DNA of 64,000 nucleotides from Candidatus Latescibacterota bacterium. Lineage in GTDB: Bacteria > Krumholzibacteriota > Krumholzibacteriia > WVZY01 > JAKEHA01. Below the pieces are notes generated by a model, which worked only from the letters and a program-made list of their open reading frames with translations, ran no database searches and was not told the DNA's origin. Shown here piece by piece: positions 47,893 through 56,905 of the stretch (position 1 is its first letter; each line of letters starts with the position of its first letter). The DNA lies in assembly GCA_963707635.1 (NCBI GenBank), contig OY970173.1, forward strand, positions 992,001 to 1,056,000, written 5' to 3'. Position numbers and translations under genes: made by a program.

Positions 47893-48942
47893 ATGAGCGA
47901 CAAGGATCAGAGATTCAGACTCACCGAGTTTGCGGCATGCGCCGGTTGAGCCTCCAAATTCAGCGCAGCGGGACTGCGCGAGATACTCCGTGAGCTCCCG
48001 CTTCCGGCCGATCCCAACGTGCTCGTGGGCCACGCCGGAAGCGACGATGCCGGGGTCTATCGTCTCTCGGACGAGGCGGCGATGGTGCTGACGGTCGACT
48101 TCTTCACGCCCATCGTCGACGACCCGTACGACTACGGGCGTGTCGCCGCGACGAATTCGATCTCGGACATCTACGCGATGGGGGGCCGGCCGGTGGTCGC
48201 CCTCAACATCGCGGCGTTCCCGGAAAAGGGGCTTCCGGCGGAGGCGCTTCGCGAGATCATCCGGGGCGGCGCCGACGTGGCGCGCGCGGCCGGGGTTTCG
48301 ATCGTCGGCGGGCACACCGTCAACGACCCGGAGCTCAAGTACGGTCTTGCCGTCGTCGGGATGATCGACCCGCGCCGCATCGTGCGTAACGGTGGCGCGC
48401 GGGTGGGGGACCGTCTTGTCCTCACCAAGCCCATCGGAACGGGTGTGCTGGCCACGCAGTTGAAGGCCGGCGCGCTGTCATCGCAAGCGACGGAGCGGCT
48501 GGTAGGCGTGATGACGCACTTGAACCGGGAAGCGTCGGAGCTGATGCTCCGTCACGACCCGCACGCGTGCACGGACATTACCGGCTATGGACTGATCGGC
48601 CACGCGAACGAGATGGCGGAGGCGAGCGGGGTGTCGATCGTGTTGCGAGCGGCCGCGGTGCCGCTGATCGAAGGCGCGATGGAAGCGGCCGCGCACGGCT
48701 ATCTCACCGGCGGCGGCAACACCACGCGCAAGTTCCTCGCCGAGCGCGTGCGCATGGCGCCCCCGGTGGGGGAGACGATGACGTCGCTGCTGTTCGACCC
48801 GCAGACCGCGGGCGGGCTCCTGATCGCGGTCGCGCCCGATCAGGCCGATGCGTTGCTGGCGAAGCTCAAGCAGCATCACCCGCACGCTTCCATCATCGGC
48901 GAGTGCGTGGCGCGCACAGATGTCTCAATAATCGTTGAGTAG
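47893..48942 (+). CDS. selD: Selenide, water dikinase SelD, selenoprotein form (Sec19 at TGA 47947-47949), 349 aa
   Basis: SD GGAGGTGA + ATG 47893; MSDKDQRFRLTEFAACAG-U-ASKF in frame with DDAGVY, TVDFFTP, NSISDIYAMGG, GGHT, LTKPIGTG, TDITGYGL, DPQTAGGLL. Confidence 0.95.
47963..47979 (+). promoter_or_regulatory. Putative SECIS element of selD
   Basis: GCGCAG/CGGGA/CTGCGC hairpin; loop starts 19 nt after the UGA. Confidence 0.68.
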
Positions 48943-49043
48943 AGGCGCAAGCGGGTGGCATCGAGCCGGGGTCCCCGTGGACGAAGTCCCGCGGGGTGGC
49001 GAGATGACAGGACCCGCGAGGCAGACGGAAAAGAAACGGGGAG

Positions 49044-50390
49044 CTAGAACATCGCCGCGCGCAGCTGCGCGGTCGGGCGCACCGGCGTCTGGACCACCAC
49101 CGGGTTGGTGACCCCGCTCAATAGCGACTCGTGCACCCGCGCCATATAGGCGTCGCGCGTGGCGTCGAAGCGCGCGATGTCGTGCGGCGTCACCGGGTCC
49201 TTGGCCGGGAGGTCGATCGCGCGCGGGTTCACCCACGCCCCGTTCTTCGTCATGCGGTAGCAGAGGTGGGGGCCCGTCGCGAGCCCCGTGGAACCCACGT
49301 ATCCGATCAGCTGCCCACCCGACACGCGGCATCCCTGGAAGATCCCCTTCGCGAACGACGACAGGTGCAGGTAGTAGGTGTCCACCGAGCGGTTGTGGCG
49401 AATCTTGATGTAGTTGCCGTTGCCCGGCGCGTACGCCCGCGCCGTGACGACGCCGTCGCCGGTGGAGTACACCGGCGTTCCGCGCGGCGCCGCGTAGTCC
49501 ACGCCGAAGTGGGGCTTGTAGACTTTCTGCACCGGGTGGAAGCGACGCCTCTGGAAGTTGGACGAGATGCGCGAGAACTTGAGCGGTGCCCGGCGCAGAG
49601 ACTTCTGCAGCGACGATCCATCGACATTGTAGTAGCCGACGGAGCCTCCCGCCGGCCTGAAACGGATCGCGTTGAATTCCTTGCCCGCGTTCACCACGCG
49701 CGCCGCGAGCACGTCGCCCACCGCGGTGTACCCCGTCGCGTACTGCCGGCGCTCGTAGAGCATCACGTACTCGTCGCCGCGACGCAGGTCGCTCACGAAG
49801 TCGATCGTCCAGCCGAAAATCTCGTCGAGCGAAGTGGCGAGCAATGTTTCCGCGCCCTGTTCCTGCAGGGACGCGAAGATCGAATCGTGAATGACGCCGT
49901 GGGTGACGACGTAGTCGGTTTCGAACGGGACCGACTCCACCGACGCGACGTAGCCGTCGACGTCGCGGTGCACGCGCACGTATTCCTGCGGGCTGGTATA
50001 GAGAACGAGGCTGTCGATGGCGCCATTGGGGGTCGCGTACAGGTCGAATGATTGGCCGGCGCGCACCCGGCGCCAGTCGTAGGTCCGGCGCGTGTCACGG
50101 GTCAACATGTCGACGTCGAAGGCCGAGACCCCGAGCTCGCGGAGTTCCACGTACATCGACGAGTTGCGGCCGATGGTCCCGCGCAGCGGTTCCCGGGCCG
50201 GCTCGACGAAGAGCTGCTCCACTTCCGCCGGGTCGAGCGCTTCGCTGCCCTCTTCGACGCGGATGCACCCGGCGATCTCGACGTTGTGTGACATGACCCG
50301 GTCCACCAGCGGGATTAGATAGGCGTCGCGCCCCGCGTAGGCGAGGACGGCCAGGAGGGCAACGGTCAATGGGGTGGCGCGTCTCTGCAT
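49044..50390 (-). CDS. M23 family peptidoglycan DD-endopeptidase (MepM-like)
   Basis: HFGVDYAAP.GTPV, YLHLS, GYVGSTG.ATGPHL. Confidence 0.9.
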   Translation of the reverse strand: MQRRATPLTVALLAVLAYAGRDAYLIPLVDRVMSHNVEIAGCIRVEEGSEALDPAEVEQLFVEPAREPLRGTIGRNSSMYVELRELGVSAFDVDMLTRDTRRTYDWRRVRAGQSFDLYATPNGAIDSLVLYTSPQEYVRVHRDVDGYVASVESVPFETDYVVTHGVIHDSIFASLQEQGAETLLATSLDEIFGWTIDFVSDLRRGDEYVMLYERRQYATGYTAVGDVLAARVVNAGKEFNAIRFRPAGGSVGYYNVDGSSLQKSLRRAPLKFSRISSNFQRRRFHPVQKVYKPHFGVDYAAPRGTPVYSTGDGVVTARAYAPGNGNYIKIRHNRSVDTYYLHLSSFAKGIFQGCRVSGGQLIGYVGSTGLATGPHLCYRMTKNGAWVNPRAIDLPAKDPVTPHDIARFDATRDAYMARVHESLLSGVTNPVVVQTPVRPTAQLRAAMF

Positions 50391-50679
50391 CTTGTCTAAT
50401 TTAAGTGTTTATATCAGGTTATTCCGAGTTTTTTCGAACTTGGCCGATCCATGATCGCCGGTTGCCCCGGTCGGGGCAAGCCCTTTTTCGAGGCTCCGGA
50501 GGATCTGCTGCAACTTCCATTCCCCGAGGTGGGCAGAAGATGCCGCCCCGTCGTTTCCGCCAGCACCTCATCACTCCTCGCGGCCCCGAGGGATTGCTCG
50601 GGCGCGAATCCGCAGCGCGCTTTCAATAATCGCGCGCGAGGACCTAAGCGGGAGAGCAGTCCTTCGGGGCCGCAGCCCC

Positions 50680-50721
50680 AAAAACCGAATCCGCCGATCG
50701 CACAGGCGACCGGCGGATTCG
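50680..50721 (-). terminator. Rho-independent terminator after the M14 gene
   Basis: CGAATCCGCCG 50686-50696 / CGGCGGATTCG 50711-50721, with T-run on the minus strand. Confidence 0.7.
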
Positions 50722-50778
50722 TCAGGGGCGGCGAATTACGGCGCCGCCGTATCTGGGGTTGGTCTCCCCCGGGGAGCT

Positions 50779-53076
50779 CTATTTCAACAGCAGTAACTTT
50801 CGCACACGGGAGGTGGCCCCGTCCACGGTCAATCTAACAAAATAGACACCGGTCGGGGACGGAGCGCCCCGGCCGTCGCGGCCGTCCCACCTGGATACGT
50901 ATGTTCCGGGGGATCTCGTTTCGTTGACCAGGGTCACGACGCGAGAGCCCGTGACCGAAAAGACCGCCAGCTCGACCCGCGCCGGCACTCCGCCCACCGC
51001 TCCTCCCACCACGAACGGGATCTGTGTGGTCGGATTGAACGGGTTTGGGTAGTTGGGCCCAATGTCGGTGCGGAATACCCGCGGCGCATCGGCGGCGGTC
51101 AGCGTCGCGACCACGCCGTCGCGCGTGTTGCTCCACCGGCTTGCGTGATCCTCCGCGTCGCGCGCGCGGACGCGGTAGCGCCATGTGCCGGTGGCGGCCG
51201 GGACGTAATCGTAGAGCGTATCCGTCACTCCACTCGCCAGTATGGAGACGCTCCCGCACCCGATCGCGAAGTCGATGTTGTCGACGCGAATTCCGGTTCC
51301 CACCGTCGCTTGATCGGTGACGTACGCGAAGCGCAACATGATTTCCTGACCCGCATACGCCGTGAGCGGAAAGATGGCGTCGACCCATCCATAGCTCGAG
51401 CCGGTGAACCCGTGCCCAAGGTTGTTCCCGGTCGGGTTCGCCGGGGTGGTGATGTTGCCCGCGATAGTCGTCCAGATTACGCCGCCGTTGGTGCTCACCT
51501 GCACGTAGCCGTAGTCGTAGTTCTGCTCGGTCAGGTAGTTCACGCTGAAGCGCAGCGAGTCGGTCGCCGCCTCGACCACGAACGGGCGGTCCATGGTGAG
51601 CGTGTGCATGATGCCGTTGCCGTTTCCGGCGTCGTAGCCTCCGCCGCTCAACCCGGAGGCGGTGTAGAAAAACCCGTTCGACGTCCATCCCGTCAAAGAC
51701 GGTGTGCACGTGTCGACGAAACGAAACGGGTTCAGGCACCCCTCGACGTCGTACGAGACGACCGGGTTGGGATCGGCCGGGTCGTTACCGGTCCACGAGA
51801 TCCGGGTGATGGCGTTCGCGTACGGGGACTGCAGCGCGTACTGCGAGGGCGGGTGAGGCGCCACCACACGGTAGGGGTTGTCGCCCCACTCGAGCAGCTT
51901 GAGGTTCATCGGGAGCAGCAGGTCGAATGTCGGCTGAATGAGCGATTCCGGCGGGCCGAAGCCGCCCTGCGCCTGGCTGTTCACCTCCGGCGTGAGCGCG
52001 AATATCTTTCCCTTGCTCGCCTGTTCGCCGTAGCCCCAGTCGTCGGAGTCGCCGTTGGTCCGATAGATCGCTCCCATGGCCGGGTTGCCGGTCAGGTATC
52101 CGTTCTCCCGGGCGAGCGTGTCCGCGAGCGCTGCGAACACCTCGTGATCCGGCGTGAAGGCGAAGGTGTAGCCCCACCCGTAGAGCAGGAGTTCGCCGTA
52201 GCTGTGGTACGAGAGCCAGGTGGTGAACTCGCGCGTGTTGACGAAGTCGCGGATACGCTGCGTCTCCGGTTCGGAGAACCCGCTGGTGCCACGGTAGGTC
52301 TCGCTCGACGTGCTCGGCGACGACCCGATGTTGTCGTAGCCCCACTGGTAGCCGTAATTCCGATTCAAGTCGACGCCGAAGGTCCCGTTGCCGTTGTTGC
52401 GCCGGTTCTTGCGCCACCAACCCGACCAGTGGCCGGCGTGGTTCTGCTGAACGTAGACGTGCCCGTCCGGGTTGACCATGGGCAGGAAGAAGATCTCGCG
52501 CGTGTCGATGTAGCGGGTGATGTCGGCGTCGACGCCGTAGTGCTCGAGCAGGTACTTCGCGAAGCGCAGCGGGATCTCGACGCTCATGAGCTCGCGCGCG
52601 TGGTGGTCGCCCATGTAGAGAATCTCCGGCTCGTTCTCGTCTATGGAGACGTTATCGGAGACCTTGAGCACGGTGAGGTTGCGGTTCTGGAGGCTTTTCC
52701 CGATGTGCACCGTATCCGCGATCGCGGGGTAGGTGGCCTCCAGGTACGCCAGGACCGATTCGGTCTCGGCGTAGGTGTGGTAGAGGCCCAGATTCGCGTC
52801 GATGATCATCGGCGGCGGCGCGAGCGGCTCGATCACGGAGACGGACACGGGATAGGGGCGCGACAGCAGGAAATCGAGCGCGGGGCCGTCGGCTAGGACA
52901 TCGACGCCGTGCCGGGTGAAGGCGAGGATCTCGATGCCGCGGGCCTGGAATTCCTCGAGCTGGACGGGTCCCTTATAGGGGACGGTGACGACGGCGGTCG
53001 CGCCGAAACCGGGCCTGACCGCCCCGGCCAGGCAGGAAGCGGCAAGAACGCCCGTGAGCCAGCGACGCGGGGCCAT
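50779..53076 (-). CDS. Secreted M14 zinc carboxypeptidase (CpT-like) with InhA/MAM-like and FN3-like domains and FlgD/Por-like CTD
   Basis: HHARE, NPDG, WRKNR, GVDLNRN, SEPET, HSYG; NYPNPFNPTT..WDGRD..GVYF..RKLLLLK; start ATG 53076. Confidence 0.88.
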   Translation of the reverse strand: MAPRRWLTGVLAASCLAGAVRPGFGATAVVTVPYKGPVQLEEFQARGIEILAFTRHGVDVLADGPALDFLLSRPYPVSVSVIEPLAPPPMIIDANLGLYHTYAETESVLAYLEATYPAIADTVHIGKSLQNRNLTVLKVSDNVSIDENEPEILYMGDHHARELMSVEIPLRFAKYLLEHYGVDADITRYIDTREIFFLPMVNPDGHVYVQQNHAGHWSGWWRKNRRNNGNGTFGVDLNRNYGYQWGYDNIGSSPSTSSETYRGTSGFSEPETQRIRDFVNTREFTTWLSYHSYGELLLYGWGYTFAFTPDHEVFAALADTLARENGYLTGNPAMGAIYRTNGDSDDWGYGEQASKGKIFALTPEVNSQAQGGFGPPESLIQPTFDLLLPMNLKLLEWGDNPYRVVAPHPPSQYALQSPYANAITRISWTGNDPADPNPVVSYDVEGCLNPFRFVDTCTPSLTGWTSNGFFYTASGLSGGGYDAGNGNGIMHTLTMDRPFVVEAATDSLRFSVNYLTEQNYDYGYVQVSTNGGVIWTTIAGNITTPANPTGNNLGHGFTGSSYGWVDAIFPLTAYAGQEIMLRFAYVTDQATVGTGIRVDNIDFAIGCGSVSILASGVTDTLYDYVPAATGTWRYRVRARDAEDHASRWSNTRDGVVATLTAADAPRVFRTDIGPNYPNPFNPTTQIPFVVGGAVGGVPARVELAVFSVTGSRVVTLVNETRSPGTYVSRWDGRDGRGAPSPTGVYFVRLTVDGATSRVRKLLLLK

Positions 53077-53187
53077 GGCGTCATTATAGCGGATACCGCG
53101 CGCGGCGGCCCCTGACAACGCTCGCCAGGGACCGGAATTCCGATGGTCGCAACGCACGGGGATCGCTAAACTTCAGGAAACGGCGTC

Positions 53188-54279
53188 ATGGAGAATCTCC
53201 TTAAGAAGCAGCTCGCCCAGATCAAATCCCGCGCCCTCGCGCTGGCGGGGCGCGCCGGCGGACCCGATCCAATCCCAGGGGCCGCCACCTCGACCGACCC
53301 GGGCCGCGAAATCATCGAGGCCGTTATTCAGACCGGCGCGGTTTTCCGTGGCGCGGATGCCGACCGGCTCCGGACGTCGCGCCGGTTTCCGTGGTGGTTT
53401 CGCCGGCGCCTGATTCACGAGCGCCAGTCGGGATTCGAAGGGGAATTCCAGCGCGTGCTGGAGGAGTTGGCCGACGGCGCTCCCCTTGAGTTCGAGCGCG
53501 CCATTCCCGGCGAGGTGCGCACCCTGGATGCGGCCGGCTATTACCTCGTGCGCCTGGCCGGCAACCAGATCGATCCGATTGCCGCGGCCGAGGCGGAGCG
53601 CCTGGCGTCGTTGTCCGTCTGGCCGGCAGACATCGTCCGCACCGTCGTGGGCGAGCGCCGCAACCGCGCGATCGTCGACCTGGCCGACGATGTCTCGCCG
53701 CCGTCCCTGCTGTTTCTCGATATCGAGACGGCCGGGCTCTCCGCCAATACGTACGTGTTTCTGTGCGGTCTGATGTACTGGGCGAACGGGGAGTTCGTCG
53801 TCGAGCAGGCGTTCGCGCGCGATTATGCCGAAGAGGAAGGCCTGCTTCGCCACGTGCGGGCCGCCATCGATCGCTTCGGCACCGTGGTCACCTATAACGG
53901 GGCCAGCTTCGACATCCCATTTCTACGCACGCGCATGGCGGTGCACCGCGTGCCCGACATCGAGCCGGTCGGGTCGGTGGACCTGCTGCACTCGTCGCGG
54001 CGAATGTTCCGCGGCGTGCTTCCAAACTGCCGGCTGGTCACCGTCGAGCGGCATCTGCGCGGAGTCGACCGCGTCGATGACATCCCGAGCCGGTACATCC
54101 CGCGCGCGTACCACGAGTTCGTTCGCAGCCGGGACGCGCGCATCATGCGCAACGTCGTCTACCACAACCGCATGGATCTGTTCACCATGGCGGTGATCCT
54201 GAACCACTTCGCGGGTTCGCCCGCTGACGACGATGTGACCCGCGGGGGAAGGGTTCCTGGACCGGTACAGCGGCCTTGA
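53188..54279 (+). CDS. RNase H-like DEDD exonuclease (YprB/MrfB-like)
   Basis: FLDIETAG, YNGASFDIP, DLLH, HNRMDL; 3' end uncertain (overlaps convergent gene). Confidence 0.82.
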   Translation: MENLLKKQLAQIKSRALALAGRAGGPDPIPGAATSTDPGREIIEAVIQTGAVFRGADADRLRTSRRFPWWFRRRLIHERQSGFEGEFQRVLEELADGAPLEFERAIPGEVRTLDAAGYYLVRLAGNQIDPIAAAEAERLASLSVWPADIVRTVVGERRNRAIVDLADDVSPPSLLFLDIETAGLSANTYVFLCGLMYWANGEFVVEQAFARDYAEEEGLLRHVRAAIDRFGTVVTYNGASFDIPFLRTRMAVHRVPDIEPVGSVDLLHSSRRMFRGVLPNCRLVTVERHLRGVDRVDDIPSRYIPRAYHEFVRSRDARIMRNVVYHNRMDLFTMAVILNHFAGSPADDDVTRGGRVPGPVQRP

Positions 54280-54961
54280 TTCCGCCCCACGTGCTGTTGG
54301 CCACCGGCAGCGACCCGCCCGAAACCTCCACGTGGACGTTCTCGATCGCCCACGACTCGTCGGTTCCGCCCTGCCACTGAAGCGCGGCCGGCCCCGACAC
54401 CGCGCTCAATTTCCAGACGACGGTCAGCGTGCTCGCCGTGTGCGGGATCAGCATGAACGCAGGCTCGACCGCCATGTTGTAGGCCCGGTCGCGACCCCAG
54501 TAACCGCCGTTCGTGAACCCGAGATTGGTACCGGAGCTCAAGAGCCCTCCGGCCGGCGCCACGTAGCTGGACGCGTCTCCGGTGGCGAGCTGGAACCAAT
54601 GGTTGAACAGGAGATTGCCATCGACCGTTACCTGGAAGAGCTCTGTGCCGTCCCACGAGTCGATCACCCCGAGCAGGAAACCGAGGCTCACGTAGGTGTG
54701 GGCAGGGAGGCCGGTGAGCGTCAGCTGGGTATCCAGTAGGGGCACGCTCGTGTAGTGCAGGAACTTACCAGCGAACTGGTTCCCCAGGGGACCGAGCCCC
54801 GCGTAGCCCTGGACTCCGTCGAGAACCGCGCCCGGGGCCGACATCTCCGCCGGGAGGCCGCTCTCGAAGTCGGTATAGAAGACGGTCTGCGCGCCCGCTG
54901 CCCCCGCGAACAGGGCGACGGCGAACACGGCAATCCCGATGCGGGCAATGGCACTGGTCAT
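54182..54961 (-). CDS. Secreted beta-sandwich protein with STWGGIKA(LYR)-type tail; C-terminus probably frameshifted
   Basis: SD GAAAGGA + ATG 54961; signal peptide; FYTDFE, IDSWDG, DESWAIEN; removing one base gives STWGGIKALYR. Confidence 0.75.
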   Translation of the reverse strand: MTSAIARIGIAVFAVALFAGAAGAQTVFYTDFESGLPAEMSAPGAVLDGVQGYAGLGPLGNQFAGKFLHYTSVPLLDTQLTLTGLPAHTYVSLGFLLGVIDSWDGTELFQVTVDGNLLFNHWFQLATGDASSYVAPAGGLLSSGTNLGFTNGGYWGRDRAYNMAVEPAFMLIPHTASTLTVVWKLSAVSGPAALQWQGGTDESWAIENVHVEVSGGSLPVANSTWGGIKAAVPVQEPFPRGSHRRQRANPRSGSGSPPW

Positions 54962-55146
54962 GGTTCGGTTCCTTTCTCGTTCGGAGCCTCGGTGGCTCCA
55001 GCCGGTGAGCGTGGATCTGGCTTCGGAGATAGGACGGGGAGACCGCACGGGAATCACGGGCGAGGCGCGAAAAAAGGACATCTTGTGGCGTCACCATGGG
55101 TGATACCATCGCGGCGCGCACCTGCCTCACCCACCTCCCGACAATC

Positions 55147-56082
55147 ATGCAATTCAGCCGTTCTCAAACTGTCGCAATCCTGGCAAGGGTGTGGCTGTCG
55201 GCCCTTCCCCTCGCGGGCGTGTCGGTGGCTCGTGCGCAGCAGATCGAGCCGCGCGCGTATTCGAATGCGCCCGTGGGCGTCAATTTCGCCCTGGCCACCT
55301 ACGGCTTTGCCGACGGTTCGGTAGTAGTCGACCCGTCCGTGCCGCTGGAGAATGCGAATCTCCAGATGCACGTAACCGGCGTTGCCTACGTGCGCACGCT
55401 CGGCCTCTGGGGGCTGTCCACCAAGGCCAACGTAGTCCTGCCGTTCGCGTGGCTCTCTGGAACGGCGGAGCTGGCGGGCGAGCCCGTGCAGAGGGAAGTC
55501 TCGGGTTTGGGCGACGTCGGACTGCGCGTGTCCGTCAACCTGTTCGGGGCGCCCGCACTCCTGCCCGGGGAGTTCGCGTCCTATCGCCAGCGCGCGATCA
55601 TCGGCGCCAGCCTCAACGTCTCGGTTCCCACCGGCCAGTACGACTCCGACCGCCTCGTCAACATCGGCACCAACCGCTGGCTCGTGAAGCCGGAGCTCGG
55701 GGTGTCGCGCGCCCTGGGTCTGTGGACGCTGGAACTCGCCGTGGCGGCTTCCTTGTTCGGGAAGAATGACGAGTTCATGGGCGGCCAGACGCGCGAGCAA
55801 GCCCCGCTCTATTCGGTTCAGGGGGGCGTCATCTACAACTTCCCGCACGCGATCTGGGCGGCGCTAAACGGCACGTATTACACCGGAGGCCGCACGACCG
55901 TCGATGGCGTCGAAGGCGACGACCAGCAGGAGAACAGCCGCGCGGGACTCACGGTCACGTTTCCCGCATCCCGGAGACATTCGGTCAAGCTATTCGCCAG
56001 TACCGGGGTATCGACGCGCACCGGAGGCAACTACGACCTGTTCAGTGTTGCCTGGCAGTACCGGTGGGGTGGTGGGCTCTAG
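55147..56082 (+). CDS. Outer-membrane transporter-like beta-barrel (MetA-pathway of phenol degradation family)
   Basis: Signal peptide; EPRAYSNAPVG, GLGD, PTGQYD..LVNIGTNRW..KPE, terminal WQYRW. Confidence 0.78.
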   Translation: MQFSRSQTVAILARVWLSALPLAGVSVARAQQIEPRAYSNAPVGVNFALATYGFADGSVVVDPSVPLENANLQMHVTGVAYVRTLGLWGLSTKANVVLPFAWLSGTAELAGEPVQREVSGLGDVGLRVSVNLFGAPALLPGEFASYRQRAIIGASLNVSVPTGQYDSDRLVNIGTNRWLVKPELGVSRALGLWTLELAVAASLFGKNDEFMGGQTREQAPLYSVQGGVIYNFPHAIWAALNGTYYTGGRTTVDGVEGDDQQENSRAGLTVTFPASRRHSVKLFASTGVSTRTGGNYDLFSVAWQYRWGGGL

Positions 56083-56185
56083 CGCGCAACCGGGAACAGA
56101 CTGGCAACGGCGTGGGTGTGGGGTTACACTTGCCCGTCGCACGATCTTCGATGTGCACACACGTTTCAGACCGGGAGGTCTTGCC

Positions 56186-56854
56186 TTGAAATTACATCTA
56201 ACGATGGGGGCCGCGCTGGTTGCGTGCGTGGCATCGGTCGCGTCCGCGCAAACGCTCACTACCACGAGCAGCTCTTCGGGTTCGCTGCCGGCGCACCGCG
56301 GGGAACTCATCCCCCTCGGCGGCTACGCGTGGACCATGGGGTTCGATGTCTATACGGGTCTCTCTTACGGCACGATCGATCTGAAGGACGCAGGCTTCTT
56401 CGGCGCAGCGATCGACGTGAACACTCAAAAGAGCGCGTCGGGAAAGACCGCGCAGATCCGGTTGTTGTATCGACGCTCCAACACCACCGCGCAATTCCGT
56501 TCCGTAACGCTGGCGCAGCCATTCGAATCGGACGTTTCCGTGGAGTACTGGCACATCGGCGGCCTGGCCGGTGTCCCGCGGGGCAACGTGATGCCGTACG
56601 CCACGTTTACGGTTGGCGGCACGCGCCTGGTCGCCGAAGGCGACGACACGTGGAAGTTCTCGACCATGCTGGGGCTCGGCGTGAAGCTCTACAAGTCCCC
56701 GAAGGTCGGCCTGATGATCCAGGGCACTTGGCCGTTCACCTTCATGGAGACGTGGGGCGGGGTCACGGTCGGAACCGGCGGGGCCGGCGTGTCTCTCGGC
56801 GGGACGGGGATATCGCAGCTCGACGTGGGCGGCGGACTGATGATCAACTTCTAG
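56186..56854 (+). CDS. Small outer-membrane beta-barrel protein
   Basis: SD GGGAGG + TTG; signal peptide; terminal GLMINF. Confidence 0.7.
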   Translation: MKLHLTMGAALVACVASVASAQTLTTTSSSSGSLPAHRGELIPLGGYAWTMGFDVYTGLSYGTIDLKDAGFFGAAIDVNTQKSASGKTAQIRLLYRRSNTTAQFRSVTLAQPFESDVSVEYWHIGGLAGVPRGNVMPYATFTVGGTRLVAEGDDTWKFSTMLGLGVKLYKSPKVGLMIQGTWPFTFMETWGGVTVGTGGAGVSLGGTGISQLDVGGGLMINF

Positions 56855-56905
56855 ACCGGCGGGCCCGGACGCGACGGGCGAGCCGGTGATACGGGATGGG
56901 TTGCG

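Noticed and set aside
48943..49043. tRNA-Sec next to selD
   Set aside because: No TCA anticodon arm or T-loop cloverleaf is recognisable; no tRNA, selA or selB was seen in the window.
50391..50680. c-di-AMP riboswitch or small ORF upstream of the M23 gene
   Set aside because: No ydaO consensus; the short ORFs have no protein-like signature.
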